Part shown: piece after piece, positions 18,611 to 26,681 of the stretch
How positions within the stretch are numbered: the first letter of the stretch is position 1
How the letters are laid out: each line of letters begins with the position of its first letter
Origin: a virus
Lineage: Duplodnaviria; Caudoviricetes
Direction: 5' to 3' (one strand)
Length of the DNA stretch: 37,575 nucleotides
Virus record (IMG/VR): IMGVR_UViG_3300029317_000052
Location: 1 to 37,575 of that record
Position numbers and translations under genes: made by a program
Notes under the pieces: generated by a model
Database searches by the model: none
Seen by the model: only the letters and a program-made list of their open reading frames with translations
Told to the model about the DNA's origin: nothing

Positions 18611-20019
18611 TGTAAAGCCTTCTTCATCAAATTATCAAAATACACGGCAATGTTATTATTCCACCGAGCAAGCGCTTCTCTATTTAACATCCAAGCAGCA
18701 AAGTGCTCTGCATGCCACTCAACATCTAAATCACTTCCGTACCGCGTTAAACTAATATTGCGGTTCATAGGTGGCTTAGGACTACCTGCTTTAAAATGTA
18801 CTTGGTGACCAAGCTCATGTAACCAAGTAATAATAGCACCACCATGATTACCGCTATCTCCCCAGTGTCTAATTATCGAAGATAATGTACGAGGAATATT
18901 GCCTTTACCTTGAAGTATAGCAAGCTCTACTACGTTAATCAGTTCACTCACATTTACTTTGTTAAAATTGGCGTTACTCTCAAGCTTTACAGTTATATGA
19001 TTAAGCTCTGCTGCCGTCCAGCCGTTAGGCATAGCGCCTCTTTTAGCGCGATAAGTATAATTATTGTGACCATACTTTTTAACTGCGTCAGGCAAATAAG
19101 CCATAACCGCATCATTAATTTTCCTTGATGCTTTACTGCGAGGTGTCATTTCACTTGCTTTAACAAATAACGTTTTAACCTCGTGTTTTGTTAAAAATTT
19201 ACCAAGTAAGTCAAACTGAGGCTTAGCGGTTTTAAATTCAGCTAATTTACTATTTAAACTATGAACATCAGCACCTTTTACCGTACTAAATGCTGTTGGG
19301 GCTATACGTTCTGGTGGTTCAAATGGCTTAGCTTTTTCAACACTAAGCTTTTGTTGCTGTTGCTTAACTACGACTTTTCGCGGGGCATAATCAAAACCTG
19401 GATCAATACCTTTCGGTATTTTATGTACTTTGCCTGTGGCTTTATCTGTCCACTCGGTAATTTCAGTCTTAGGTGGTAGCTTTACTTTATTACCTTGGCG
19501 CTCTAATTGTTTAGCTGTTCGGCCTCGCACTTTACACTTACAGCCCCAACCATTTTGTGGAAAGTGTGTTTGCCAAAAGTCATGTTCTTTGGGTAAAACA
19601 GTTCCGTGCCAGGATAAGTGCATTGCTCTTGGGTGCACGCTGTCGCCATGTTGATACTCCCAAAAGTCAAAGTGCTGCAGCTGCTCATACCGGCCAGCAT
19701 TATAACTTTGTCTCATATTGGTATCGTAAATCACTTTAGCACGCCAATTGGCTTCACCTGTATGGCTCCAGCCGTGCTTAGCGACAATGGTTTTAAATTC
19801 TTTTTTAAACCAACCAATACTTTTGCCTTCTGCTATCGCACTATCAACCGCTCTTCGAAAATCGTTAAGCAAATCATCTTTCAATGCACCAGCGACCATA
19901 AAGCCGCTGTTATGGCCATCACGCCAAACATCAACCCAACGTTCTGACGGTATGTTTAACTTATTTTGAAAAAAACTTATCGCCTCTTTAAAGGGTAAAG
20001 AGCCATAACGGGCTGTCAT
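18607..20019 (-). CDS. MuF (gp30) minor head protein with C-terminal zinc-metallopeptidase-like domain
   Basis: MuF motifs IYDTNMRQSYNAGR, PQNGWGCKC and GIDPGFDYAP; C-terminal HELGH...YG.....EWHAEHF. Confidence 0.9.
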   Translation of the reverse strand: MTARYGSLPFKEAISFFQNKLNIPSERWVDVWRDGHNSGFMVAGALKDDLLNDFRRAVDSAIAEGKSIGWFKKEFKTIVAKHGWSHTGEANWRAKVIYDTNMRQSYNAGRYEQLQHFDFWEYQHGDSVHPRAMHLSWHGTVLPKEHDFWQTHFPQNGWGCKCKVRGRTAKQLERQGNKVKLPPKTEITEWTDKATGKVHKIPKGIDPGFDYAPRKVVVKQQQQKLSVEKAKPFEPPERIAPTAFSTVKGADVHSLNSKLAEFKTAKPQFDLLGKFLTKHEVKTLFVKASEMTPRSKASRKINDAVMAYLPDAVKKYGHNNYTYRAKRGAMPNGWTAAELNHITVKLESNANFNKVNVSELINVVELAILQGKGNIPRTLSSIIRHWGDSGNHGGAIITWLHELGHQVHFKAGSPKPPMNRNISLTRYGSDLDVEWHAEHFAAWMLNREALARWNNNIAVYFDNLMKKALQ

Positions 20020-20153
20020 AACTCACCTCTTTTGATAAGTGAATCAGGATCAAGCTCAAGAAATTTAAATAACTTTTGGTCAATAATAGTTAGCCTATTA
20101 AACTGATAACGATTATGCCAACGCTTATATCGTTTAATGAATTTGGCTAGCAT
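20016..20153 (-). CDS. 45-aa basic small protein (not in the ORF track)
   Basis: MLAKFIKRYKRWHNRYQFNRLTIIDQKLFKFLELDPDSLIKRGEL. Starts 2 nt after the portal stop, and its TGA overlaps the F start codon. Confidence 0.65.
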   Translation of the reverse strand: MLAKFIKRYKRWHNRYQFNRLTIIDQKLFKFLELDPDSLIKRGEL

Positions 20154-20155
20154 AA

Positions 20156-21778
20156 TTATTCGCCTTCATTTACATCAAAACGACCGCCAAGCTCTGCGGC
20201 CACAAAAGCTTGCTGCATCACTTCGTTTGCTTCATTTACGTCTAAATCTAAATCTGCTAGTAATAATTGCAGATCTTCTAATGACTCAGCTTGCTCCACC
20301 AGCTGCTGCACTTCACCTGTAAAACCTTGAAGAACAGATGACATTTCATTGGTAAGTTGCTTGGTGAAGCTGTCTAATTGTTCAGGCGCTACTGATTTAG
20401 CTTTAAGCGCCGCTATTTTGCGAATAGCTTTTAGTTTTGTTTGTGTGCTTCTTTCGTCAATTTCTTCCACTAACTGACCTTTAGCTAAAACAGTTTCGTT
20501 ATCTTTGGGTAAAGGTATTTGTACCTTTTCTTGTGCCCAGTTCAGTGGGATTTTAAAACCAACATCAACTAACGCAGGTAAAGAATCCGCGAACGCTTTT
20601 AAGTCTTCCGCTTCGGTGATGTCAAATTCAAACTTCGGGCACCGTTGTGGGTGCTGATAACTTTTGCCGTTTAAGTAATACATGGGAAAAACGAGATCAC
20701 GCGTTAAGGTATTGGCAATTTGTTTTAGGTCACTATCGCGCAGTTCCTGGCGAACTTCGTTATGTACATTACCCAAGGCATTGGTTGAGCTTTTACCGTC
20801 TGCTTGGCTGGTAAGTGTGCCGCCAAGAATAGCTTTAGAGATAGTTTTTTCCATCAAACTAACCATATATTCAAACGGCTGCTGTGTACCTTTGGCTGCT
20901 TCTTGAAAATCTATTTCCATACCTTTAGGAATAATGCCACCTGCATTGTGGCCAATACTCATTACGGCATTAAGTAAGGTGTTTTTTTCTTCTGGGCTAG
21001 CACCTGTTGGGTATTTACCAAGGCGAAGCGGTAAACCATAAATCTCTAAAAATTCGGCTAAATCACGGACACTATAATTTTTAAATAGATACGGCCAAGC
21101 CAGTACACGCGTTAAGCCTGAGCGGGCTAAGTAACCTGATTTAGTTTTATGACAATGAGAGATCCAACCAAAGGGCTGTAATGCTTCACCATCAGCGCTG
21201 TTATCGCGCAGGCGTAGTTCATTGCGGTTTTGTCCTAACTCTTGCGCTGGGTGAGTCATAAACCAACTGGGATCTTTAAACTCAATATTAGATGGTAGCC
21301 ACACTTTGCTTGCACCTACACTTTGCTGTTGCCAAGTGATCTCTTGATTAGAAAACCCCTTTAAAATAGCATCAGACATGTCAAAGATGACATCATCTAA
21401 AAAGGTCATATCTTCGAATAGCTCTTGCAGCATTTCAGCGTCTTTAACCTCGCTTGCACTGGCATTGCGCGGCGGCACTATTTTCCAATCGACACCCAAC
21501 AAAGCACGGCGGCGCTTTTGCAGTTCAGCAAATACATGACCGTCTTTTTCTTCCATGTCTTCAGCTAGTTCACACTGGGCAATAATATTACCCTGTTCTG
21601 CACCTATTAGAATATCGGCTAGTTTTTGTGGTGTTAATGCTCTGCTTGGGTGGTCACTGTAATGGTTGCGTAAATGGCCAAGTTTGGCATCATCAGTTTG
21701 CTGCTCTTTTAAATATTTAATGCGGAACTTATTGCCGTTGCTATCGGTTTGAATGGGGTTAGCCGTGTTGTTAGCCAT
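20156..21778 (-). CDS. portal protein, Mu gp29 (DUF935)
   Basis: DMEEKDGHVFAELQKRR, FLEIYGLP.RLGKY, SKAILGGTLTS and ALGNVHNEVR motifs. Confidence 0.97.
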   Translation of the reverse strand: MANNTANPIQTDSNGNKFRIKYLKEQQTDDAKLGHLRNHYSDHPSRALTPQKLADILIGAEQGNIIAQCELAEDMEEKDGHVFAELQKRRRALLGVDWKIVPPRNASASEVKDAEMLQELFEDMTFLDDVIFDMSDAILKGFSNQEITWQQQSVGASKVWLPSNIEFKDPSWFMTHPAQELGQNRNELRLRDNSADGEALQPFGWISHCHKTKSGYLARSGLTRVLAWPYLFKNYSVRDLAEFLEIYGLPLRLGKYPTGASPEEKNTLLNAVMSIGHNAGGIIPKGMEIDFQEAAKGTQQPFEYMVSLMEKTISKAILGGTLTSQADGKSSTNALGNVHNEVRQELRDSDLKQIANTLTRDLVFPMYYLNGKSYQHPQRCPKFEFDITEAEDLKAFADSLPALVDVGFKIPLNWAQEKVQIPLPKDNETVLAKGQLVEEIDERSTQTKLKAIRKIAALKAKSVAPEQLDSFTKQLTNEMSSVLQGFTGEVQQLVEQAESLEDLQLLLADLDLDVNEANEVMQQAFVAAELGGRFDVNEGE

Positions 21779-21780
21779 AG

Positions 21781-23394
21781 TTAATAAGCTCCTTGGTCAT
21801 AATTCTGTTGGTTGTCGCCACTGTGATCAGATCGCATGTAATCTTTTAAGGTTTTTTCGCTTTGGTGCCAAGTACCCGCTTTTTGAGATAACTCTGTATA
21901 TTCAATTACCCCACCATCCATCCAACTGGCACGAATGGCCATAGCTAAGCCTACAGCGGTATCACCATGGCGTTGACGACCATCACTGCCTTTAGTACTG
22001 CCTTTGTCTATTTTTGGAATACCACGAATGGTTTGAATTTGGTTAAGATCATCTTGCACATCTTGGTGACGAGGAATTTCTAAATTGAAGTCTTCAAACT
22101 CAGCTTTAAGCTTAGGCATCCATTCCATGTACCATTTATCGGTTAGCATGACTTGCTCAACCATTTCACAGCCATAATGCTCTGCAGCTGCCTCAGCTAA
22201 ATAACCACCATTACCCGTAGCATCAAAGGCTAAACCTTGTAATCTAGGTAGTCGATCACATAAATAAAACAACAACTCTTTTTGGGCATCGTAAGTGAGG
22301 TTGCTCATTTCCAGTAAGAACGGCACACGTTTGCTTAAGTCTTTATTTATTTGTAATGGCACAAATACTGATAAATCCCCTTTACGGGCAAAATCTTCAC
22401 CGAAAGCATGATTTAAGTCTTTTTTAAGGGCGATTAAATGCGGATTTAATGACTCTTGCCATTCTTTAATTTGCATTTGTTTATGCCGTACTGACCACGT
22501 TAAAAAATCTTTGTCTGCAGTAAAACGTAAAATAGGAATATCAGATTTCATGGCCTCATCAACCAGAACGCGCTTGATATAAACACCACCGCCTTGCTTA
22601 GGCACACAAAAGTATTCTTCTAAGGCATCGTCTTCTGTTGCTGTATCACCGAGTAAACCATCTTTCCATGCTTGCTCTTTTTCACGACTCCAAGTATCAC
22701 CTTTAATTTGGCAAATACGTTGATACAAACCTTCGTTACAAGCATCATCTAAGGTAATACGATGTACTGAGTAACGTTTTTTACCTGCACGGCTATCTTG
22801 AATAATGTTATTGAATAAGTTGTCGGTGCCATTGTGAGTTGATATTAAACGTACTTTTGCACCCCACATGGTAAGCGCCAAGGCTGCTTTGAGTACTTCA
22901 GCTAGTCGGTCATGAAAAGCAGCTTCATCAATGGTGACGTTACCTTGCATACCACGAAGATTTGACGGGTTTGAGCTTAAAGCTTGAATTTTAAAACCAC
23001 TGGCAAAGTGAATGGCAAAGGTGAGAATTTCTTTACCGTCTTGCCCTGAATCAATGAATATATCTTCTTTAATATCACCTGCAGCTTTATCAAAGGCTTT
23101 CGCCCACATAGCGGCCGCGTCAATAAACTCGCGCGCCATCTCTTTGTTTGAGCCAACATAAAAGTGATTAGTACCGTGGGCAGCTTTAGTTTTACTGGCA
23201 GCTAATACCGCATCGGCAGCCTCAGCCCAAGTTAACCCAGTACGACGAGATTTTTCGGCTATCTTTAACGGTGATTCGTCGGCTATCCAGCGTTTTTGAT
23301 AACCGAGTAATAATTCATTTTCGTCAAATGGTGTATAGTCTCCCATTTCAACTGCTAGTTTAGTTTTTCTAAAATCAGACGTCATGTTAGTCAT
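21781..23394 (-). CDS. terminase large subunit, Mu gp28 family
   Basis: EKSRRTGLTW, Walker B VTIDEAAFH, GEDFARKGD, DATGNG and HGD motifs. Confidence 0.97.
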   Translation of the reverse strand: MTNMTSDFRKTKLAVEMGDYTPFDENELLLGYQKRWIADESPLKIAEKSRRTGLTWAEAADAVLAASKTKAAHGTNHFYVGSNKEMAREFIDAAAMWAKAFDKAAGDIKEDIFIDSGQDGKEILTFAIHFASGFKIQALSSNPSNLRGMQGNVTIDEAAFHDRLAEVLKAALALTMWGAKVRLISTHNGTDNLFNNIIQDSRAGKKRYSVHRITLDDACNEGLYQRICQIKGDTWSREKEQAWKDGLLGDTATEDDALEEYFCVPKQGGGVYIKRVLVDEAMKSDIPILRFTADKDFLTWSVRHKQMQIKEWQESLNPHLIALKKDLNHAFGEDFARKGDLSVFVPLQINKDLSKRVPFLLEMSNLTYDAQKELLFYLCDRLPRLQGLAFDATGNGGYLAEAAAEHYGCEMVEQVMLTDKWYMEWMPKLKAEFEDFNLEIPRHQDVQDDLNQIQTIRGIPKIDKGSTKGSDGRQRHGDTAVGLAMAIRASWMDGGVIEYTELSQKAGTWHQSEKTLKDYMRSDHSGDNQQNYDQGAY

Positions 23395-23966
23395 TAGACA
23401 ATACCTAAAATTTCACGTTTAATGGCATTAGCACCATCACTGGTTAAGCCTGCTTGCACCACTGCATCTTCCACCAGTGCCGCCGCTTCTTCAGCAAACG
23501 CCTTACGAATTTCTTTCTCACGTTTAGTTGATTCTGTTGCTGCTTTCTCTAGTTTTTCAATACCTATAGCAAGGTCTTTGATAAATTTAGGATGTACTGG
23601 TTGGTCTGAATTAGAGGCATCTAATACGCTGTCAAACGCTAAAGTCCGTACCATTTCAATCAATATTTTACTGACATCGCCACTTGGCTTGTCGCCTAAC
23701 TTAGCAACCCATTGCTCAGACACTGCACGTGCTTGAGCGATACGTGAGCCTATTTCTTGCATTTTACTTGAGTAACGATTTAACCCTGATTTACTCAGCT
23801 GCTCGTCTTGTGCAAGCTCAGCCTCTTCAATCATTTTATTGATTTTGTTGAGGATGGCTGTTTGCGTTAATCGACCATCTCGAAGCAGTTGATCAAGTTT
23901 GCTTTTAATCGCATCGGGCAGCTGGTTAACTTTTGAGGGTTTTCCGCGTGTTTTACGTTCCTTCAT
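23394..23966 (-). CDS. terminase small subunit, Mu gp27 (DUF3486)
   Basis: RG.PSKV..LP and SKSGLNRY motifs; precedes the large subunit. Start reassigned to MKERKTRG. Confidence 0.9.
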   Translation of the reverse strand: MKERKTRGKPSKVNQLPDAIKSKLDQLLRDGRLTQTAILNKINKMIEEAELAQDEQLSKSGLNRYSSKMQEIGSRIAQARAVSEQWVAKLGDKPSGDVSKILIEMVRTLAFDSVLDASNSDQPVHPKFIKDLAIGIEKLEKAATESTKREKEIRKAFAEEAAALVEDAVVQAGLTSDGANAIKREILGIV

Positions 23967-24231
23967 TAGCTTTCTCTGCCTCCGCATATTTTAAATAGTC
24001 ACTACGAACCTTTTGAACTTCTTTTTGAAAAGCATTCCAAACACGCTTAACTGTTGGATCACTCTTTAAATAAATATCTAAATAACCGCCTTTTGACTGA
24101 TATGGCTTACCCGTTTCCTTTTCAGTCGCAGGTTTAATTACTTGGCTTTCTATTTCTGCAGCAATCATTGCTAAAGCTAACTTGTGAAAAACTCGTTTTT
24201 CACCTGCAGTAAAAGCTTTAATTTTAGCCAT
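23953..24231 (-). CDS. hypothetical protein inserted between gp26 and gp27
   Basis: 92 aa, overlapping both neighbours. Confidence 0.65.
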   Translation of the reverse strand: MAKIKAFTAGEKRVFHKLALAMIAAEIESQVIKPATEKETGKPYQSKGGYLDIYLKSDPTVKRVWNAFQKEVQKVRSDYLKYAEAEKANEGT

Positions 24232-24524
24232 TACTTAGCCCTCGGTTTTTTAACACCTGGGCAAGTAGCCATACCGTTGCTTACATCTTGGCCACGACCT
24301 GATAAAGTTGCCATGGTGTAGGCGCCATTGCTTTCTAATGACACTAAACCTTGTTCTTTTAACCAGGCTAAATGACTTAACACTCGGTCATTGCTCATGG
24401 TATGACCATAAGCCGCACAAGCACTTTGCAGCATTGAATCATTAGTTTGGTAACCATTCATTGCGCCAAGAGCTAATAAAATTGATAGTCGTTGGTGTTC
24501 GCTCATTACTTTGTCTATCGCCAT
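24231..24524 (-). CDS. Mu gp26-like winged-helix protein
   Basis: RLSIL..L...N.S.L...L.WL.EQGLV...RG.DV..G....PGVKKP signature. Confidence 0.88.
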   Translation of the reverse strand: MAIDKVMSEHQRLSILLALGAMNGYQTNDSMLQSACAAYGHTMSNDRVLSHLAWLKEQGLVSLESNGAYTMATLSGRGQDVSNGMATCPGVKKPRAK

Positions 24525-24536
24525 TGTTTTTTCCTT

Positions 24537-24839
24537 TTAGCCTTTACTTTTCAACTCGTTTTCTAACAACATGTCAGATAAATTTTTAACAGAGATAAGC
24601 CCTGGTTCTATTCGCTTAATGTCACCGCTTAATTCTTCAATACGCAGCTCTAACTTATGCACTAAATCTTTATCAGGCAGGTTATTAATGTTGGTTTTAA
24701 TCAGTAGCACCTCTTTTTCTAAATTGTCTACTGATTCACGCTTGGCATAGGTTTTATGCAATACATAAACAATTAGCCAAAACACACCGTTAAACACTAA
24801 AAATACCAAAGGGTAATACTTCAGCAACCAATTAATCAT
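24537..24839 (-). CDS. Mu gp25-like (DUF2730) membrane-anchored coiled-coil protein
   Basis: One N-terminal transmembrane segment, then KTYAKRE...LP....H.L...LLENEL. Confidence 0.85.
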   Translation of the reverse strand: MINWLLKYYPLVFLVFNGVFWLIVYVLHKTYAKRESVDNLEKEVLLIKTNINNLPDKDLVHKLELRIEELSGDIKRIEPGLISVKNLSDMLLENELKSKG

Positions 24840-25066
24840 GGATAAAACCTCTTATTTTTATGCTCAAGCAAGGTTTGACAATCAACACAACGCACTGCTT
24901 TTGGGTTAGCAATTAAGCGATTTGTATCTAGCTCAAGATCACAGTCAAGGCAATAACGATGACCATGTAATTCCTTAGGCTTTTCTATTGTCACTCTAGC
25001 CGCAGCTAATGCTTGTTCACGCTGTTTTTGTTCAAGTTCACAAGCTTTATCTACTACGTCAGTCAT
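24836..25066 (-). CDS. TraR/DksA C4 zinc-finger protein
   Basis: N-terminal DxxDxA; CLDC...RCVDCQ. Confidence 0.92.
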   Translation of the reverse strand: MTDVVDKACELEQKQREQALAAARVTIEKPKELHGHRYCLDCDLELDTNRLIANPKAVRCVDCQTLLEHKNKRFYP

Positions 25067-25068
25067 GG

Positions 25069-25287
25069 TTATTCCTTAGGGCTTTTAATTAAAATGGCAT
25101 CAACTAAGCCAGCACTGGCACAGTAATCAACGCCAATACTTACCCCGTTTTCTTTTAGCGTGACTTTAATTTGGGCTCGAAGTTCAGTGCTTGTAGTAGC
25201 ACAATAAACACGTGAAACATCGCCAAATTCATAGCTTGAGCAAGCAGTAGTGAGTGCAACTAACACCATTAAAGTTATCTTTTTCAT
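25069..25287 (-). CDS. lipoprotein in lysis cassette
   Basis: MKKITLMVLVALTTAC signal peptide with lipobox-like Cys; ATGA overlap with the upstream gene at 25284-25287. Confidence 0.8.
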   Translation of the reverse strand: MKKITLMVLVALTTACSSYEFGDVSRVYCATTSTELRAQIKVTLKENGVSIGVDYCASAGLVDAILIKSPKE

Positions 25288-25703
25288 ATTCCTTTCCTTT
25301 TTTCTTGGTAATTTTTCCAACGAGGTGCGCCAATTTTCAAAGCGATATACATAGCTTTTGCTTTACTTTTTCTTACGCCATCAGCGCGTATAGCGTCATA
25401 AAACATACGGTGTACTTGCTTGTGAGGGCGTGATTTAGTGACACAATAAACATCATGTATCACGCTGGCACGGCGGTAATGACCGTTAAATGGCGAGCCA
25501 ATGCAGTACCAAAAAATGCGAGGAATACTGGCACCATCAATAATAGAGCCAGCAGGAGCTGTCCACTTAATACCTTTGCCATCTACAAAAGAAAACGATT
25601 CTTCTAGTAACATTTTTCGAGACTCTAGCGCCAACCAGTGCGTGAGTACTCGGCCAATAAAATAAGGCGACTTTTTATGTTTTCTCGTTTTATTGCTAGG
25701 CAT
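25284..25703 (-). CDS. DUF1353 family protein
   Basis: PAG...DGASIPR..W...P....RASVIHD..C motif. Confidence 0.88.
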   Translation of the reverse strand: MPSNKTRKHKKSPYFIGRVLTHWLALESRKMLLEESFSFVDGKGIKWTAPAGSIIDGASIPRIFWYCIGSPFNGHYRRASVIHDVYCVTKSRPHKQVHRMFYDAIRADGVRKSKAKAMYIALKIGAPRWKNYQEKRKGI

Positions 25704-25965
25704 GATTCACTCCAAGGACGCGTGGCGTTTCAGGTAGTAACTTGGCTTGACCTGCTTTTACTTTTTTAACGGCTACATCAATATCTATTGCCGTGACACT
25801 ATCCCAACCACGACGGTACTGCCGTGCATGTTCAGGGCGAAGATAAACACAGCTGTAATTAATAGGTAAATCTTGCAAACGGCTAAATACTTCTTTGCGC
25901 AGTCGTGCTTGGCGACCTTCAAAGTATCGTTTACGGGCTTTGATTGAATTAAAGGCGTGAGTCAT
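25696..25965 (-). CDS. Rmf/CrpP-fold-like small protein
   Basis: Y..G.QA...CxY-x7-QY..GW pattern. Confidence 0.55.
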   Translation of the reverse strand: MTHAFNSIKARKRYFEGRQARLRKEVFSRLQDLPINYSCVYLRPEHARQYRRGWDSVTAIDIDVAVKKVKAGQAKLLPETPRVLGVNHA

Positions 25966-26528
25966 GGGGCATCACCACCAAATACGGCAATTATCTGGCA
26001 TTCAAGGAGAATATCTAAGGCGCGATCAACCCAACCTTCAATAAATTCAACTTGGCTAATATCAGCTTGAACTAAATTAGTATATTGCTGGCAACGCAAT
26101 CGGGTAAATTGTGTAATTAAAATAAGGCTAGGAGCAGCAAAGGCAGCCGCAATAGTTTTACTGCCAATAATACCGTCTGCTTTAACGTTTAAAGTTTGTT
26201 GCAAAGCTTTACGGGCGAAGTTCCCCCCTTGGTTTACGGCACTATCAAAAAGCGTTAAGGCAATATCTTGCGGCAACTTATCGCACTTATTGAAACACCA
26301 ATAATCACGATAATAAATTTTCGAAGCTTTTACTGAGGTGAGGTTTTTAATATCAAGGGTTGGATACCAGCGTTTAGTGATACCATACTTGGTTTCAAGA
26401 CCTTTATCATTAGGGTTATTAACGTAACCTTTTTCTTCTTCAAGGATGCGTAGAATGGCCTGACTCGCTACCGGTGGTAGCGAATCATCAACGAGTAATA
26501 TTTTATGTGGTAGGTTATTTTGTTTCAT
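25962..26528 (-). CDS. endolysin, glycoside hydrolase family 108 with peptidoglycan-binding domain
   Basis: EKGYVNNPNDKGLETKYGI (variant of EGGY), FD.AVNQG, DGIIG..T and F..GW..R motifs. Confidence 0.92.
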   Translation of the reverse strand: MKQNNLPHKILLVDDSLPPVASQAILRILEEEKGYVNNPNDKGLETKYGITKRWYPTLDIKNLTSVKASKIYYRDYWCFNKCDKLPQDIALTLFDSAVNQGGNFARKALQQTLNVKADGIIGSKTIAAAFAAPSLILITQFTRLRCQQYTNLVQADISQVEFIEGWVDRALDILLECQIIAVFGGDAP

Positions 26529-26582
26529 GCCGCCAGTATGGCGGCATGGTTAAGTTAGGTGAGATTCAACAGCATTAATGCT
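26526..26582 (-). promoter_or_regulatory. late promoter for the lysis/packaging operon (P_lys-like) with activator site and hairpin
   Basis: AGCATTAA-N6-TGAATCTCA-N19-CATACT-N6-ATG; perfect 10-bp stem CATGCCGCCA-TAC-TGGCGGCATG. Confidence 0.8.
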
Positions 26583-26643
26583 TCTGAATCTATTTTAAAT
26601 GGATAGTCTAATAACGAATTTAACTTATTTGATAAATTTAAGG

Positions 26644-26676
26644 CAATAAAAAAGCCTAACTAAAGGCTTTTTATTG
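26644..26676. terminator. bidirectional intrinsic terminator closing the moron
   Basis: CAATAAAAAAGCCT-AACTAA-AGGCTTTTTATTG. Confidence 0.85.
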
Positions 26677-26681
26677 AATAA

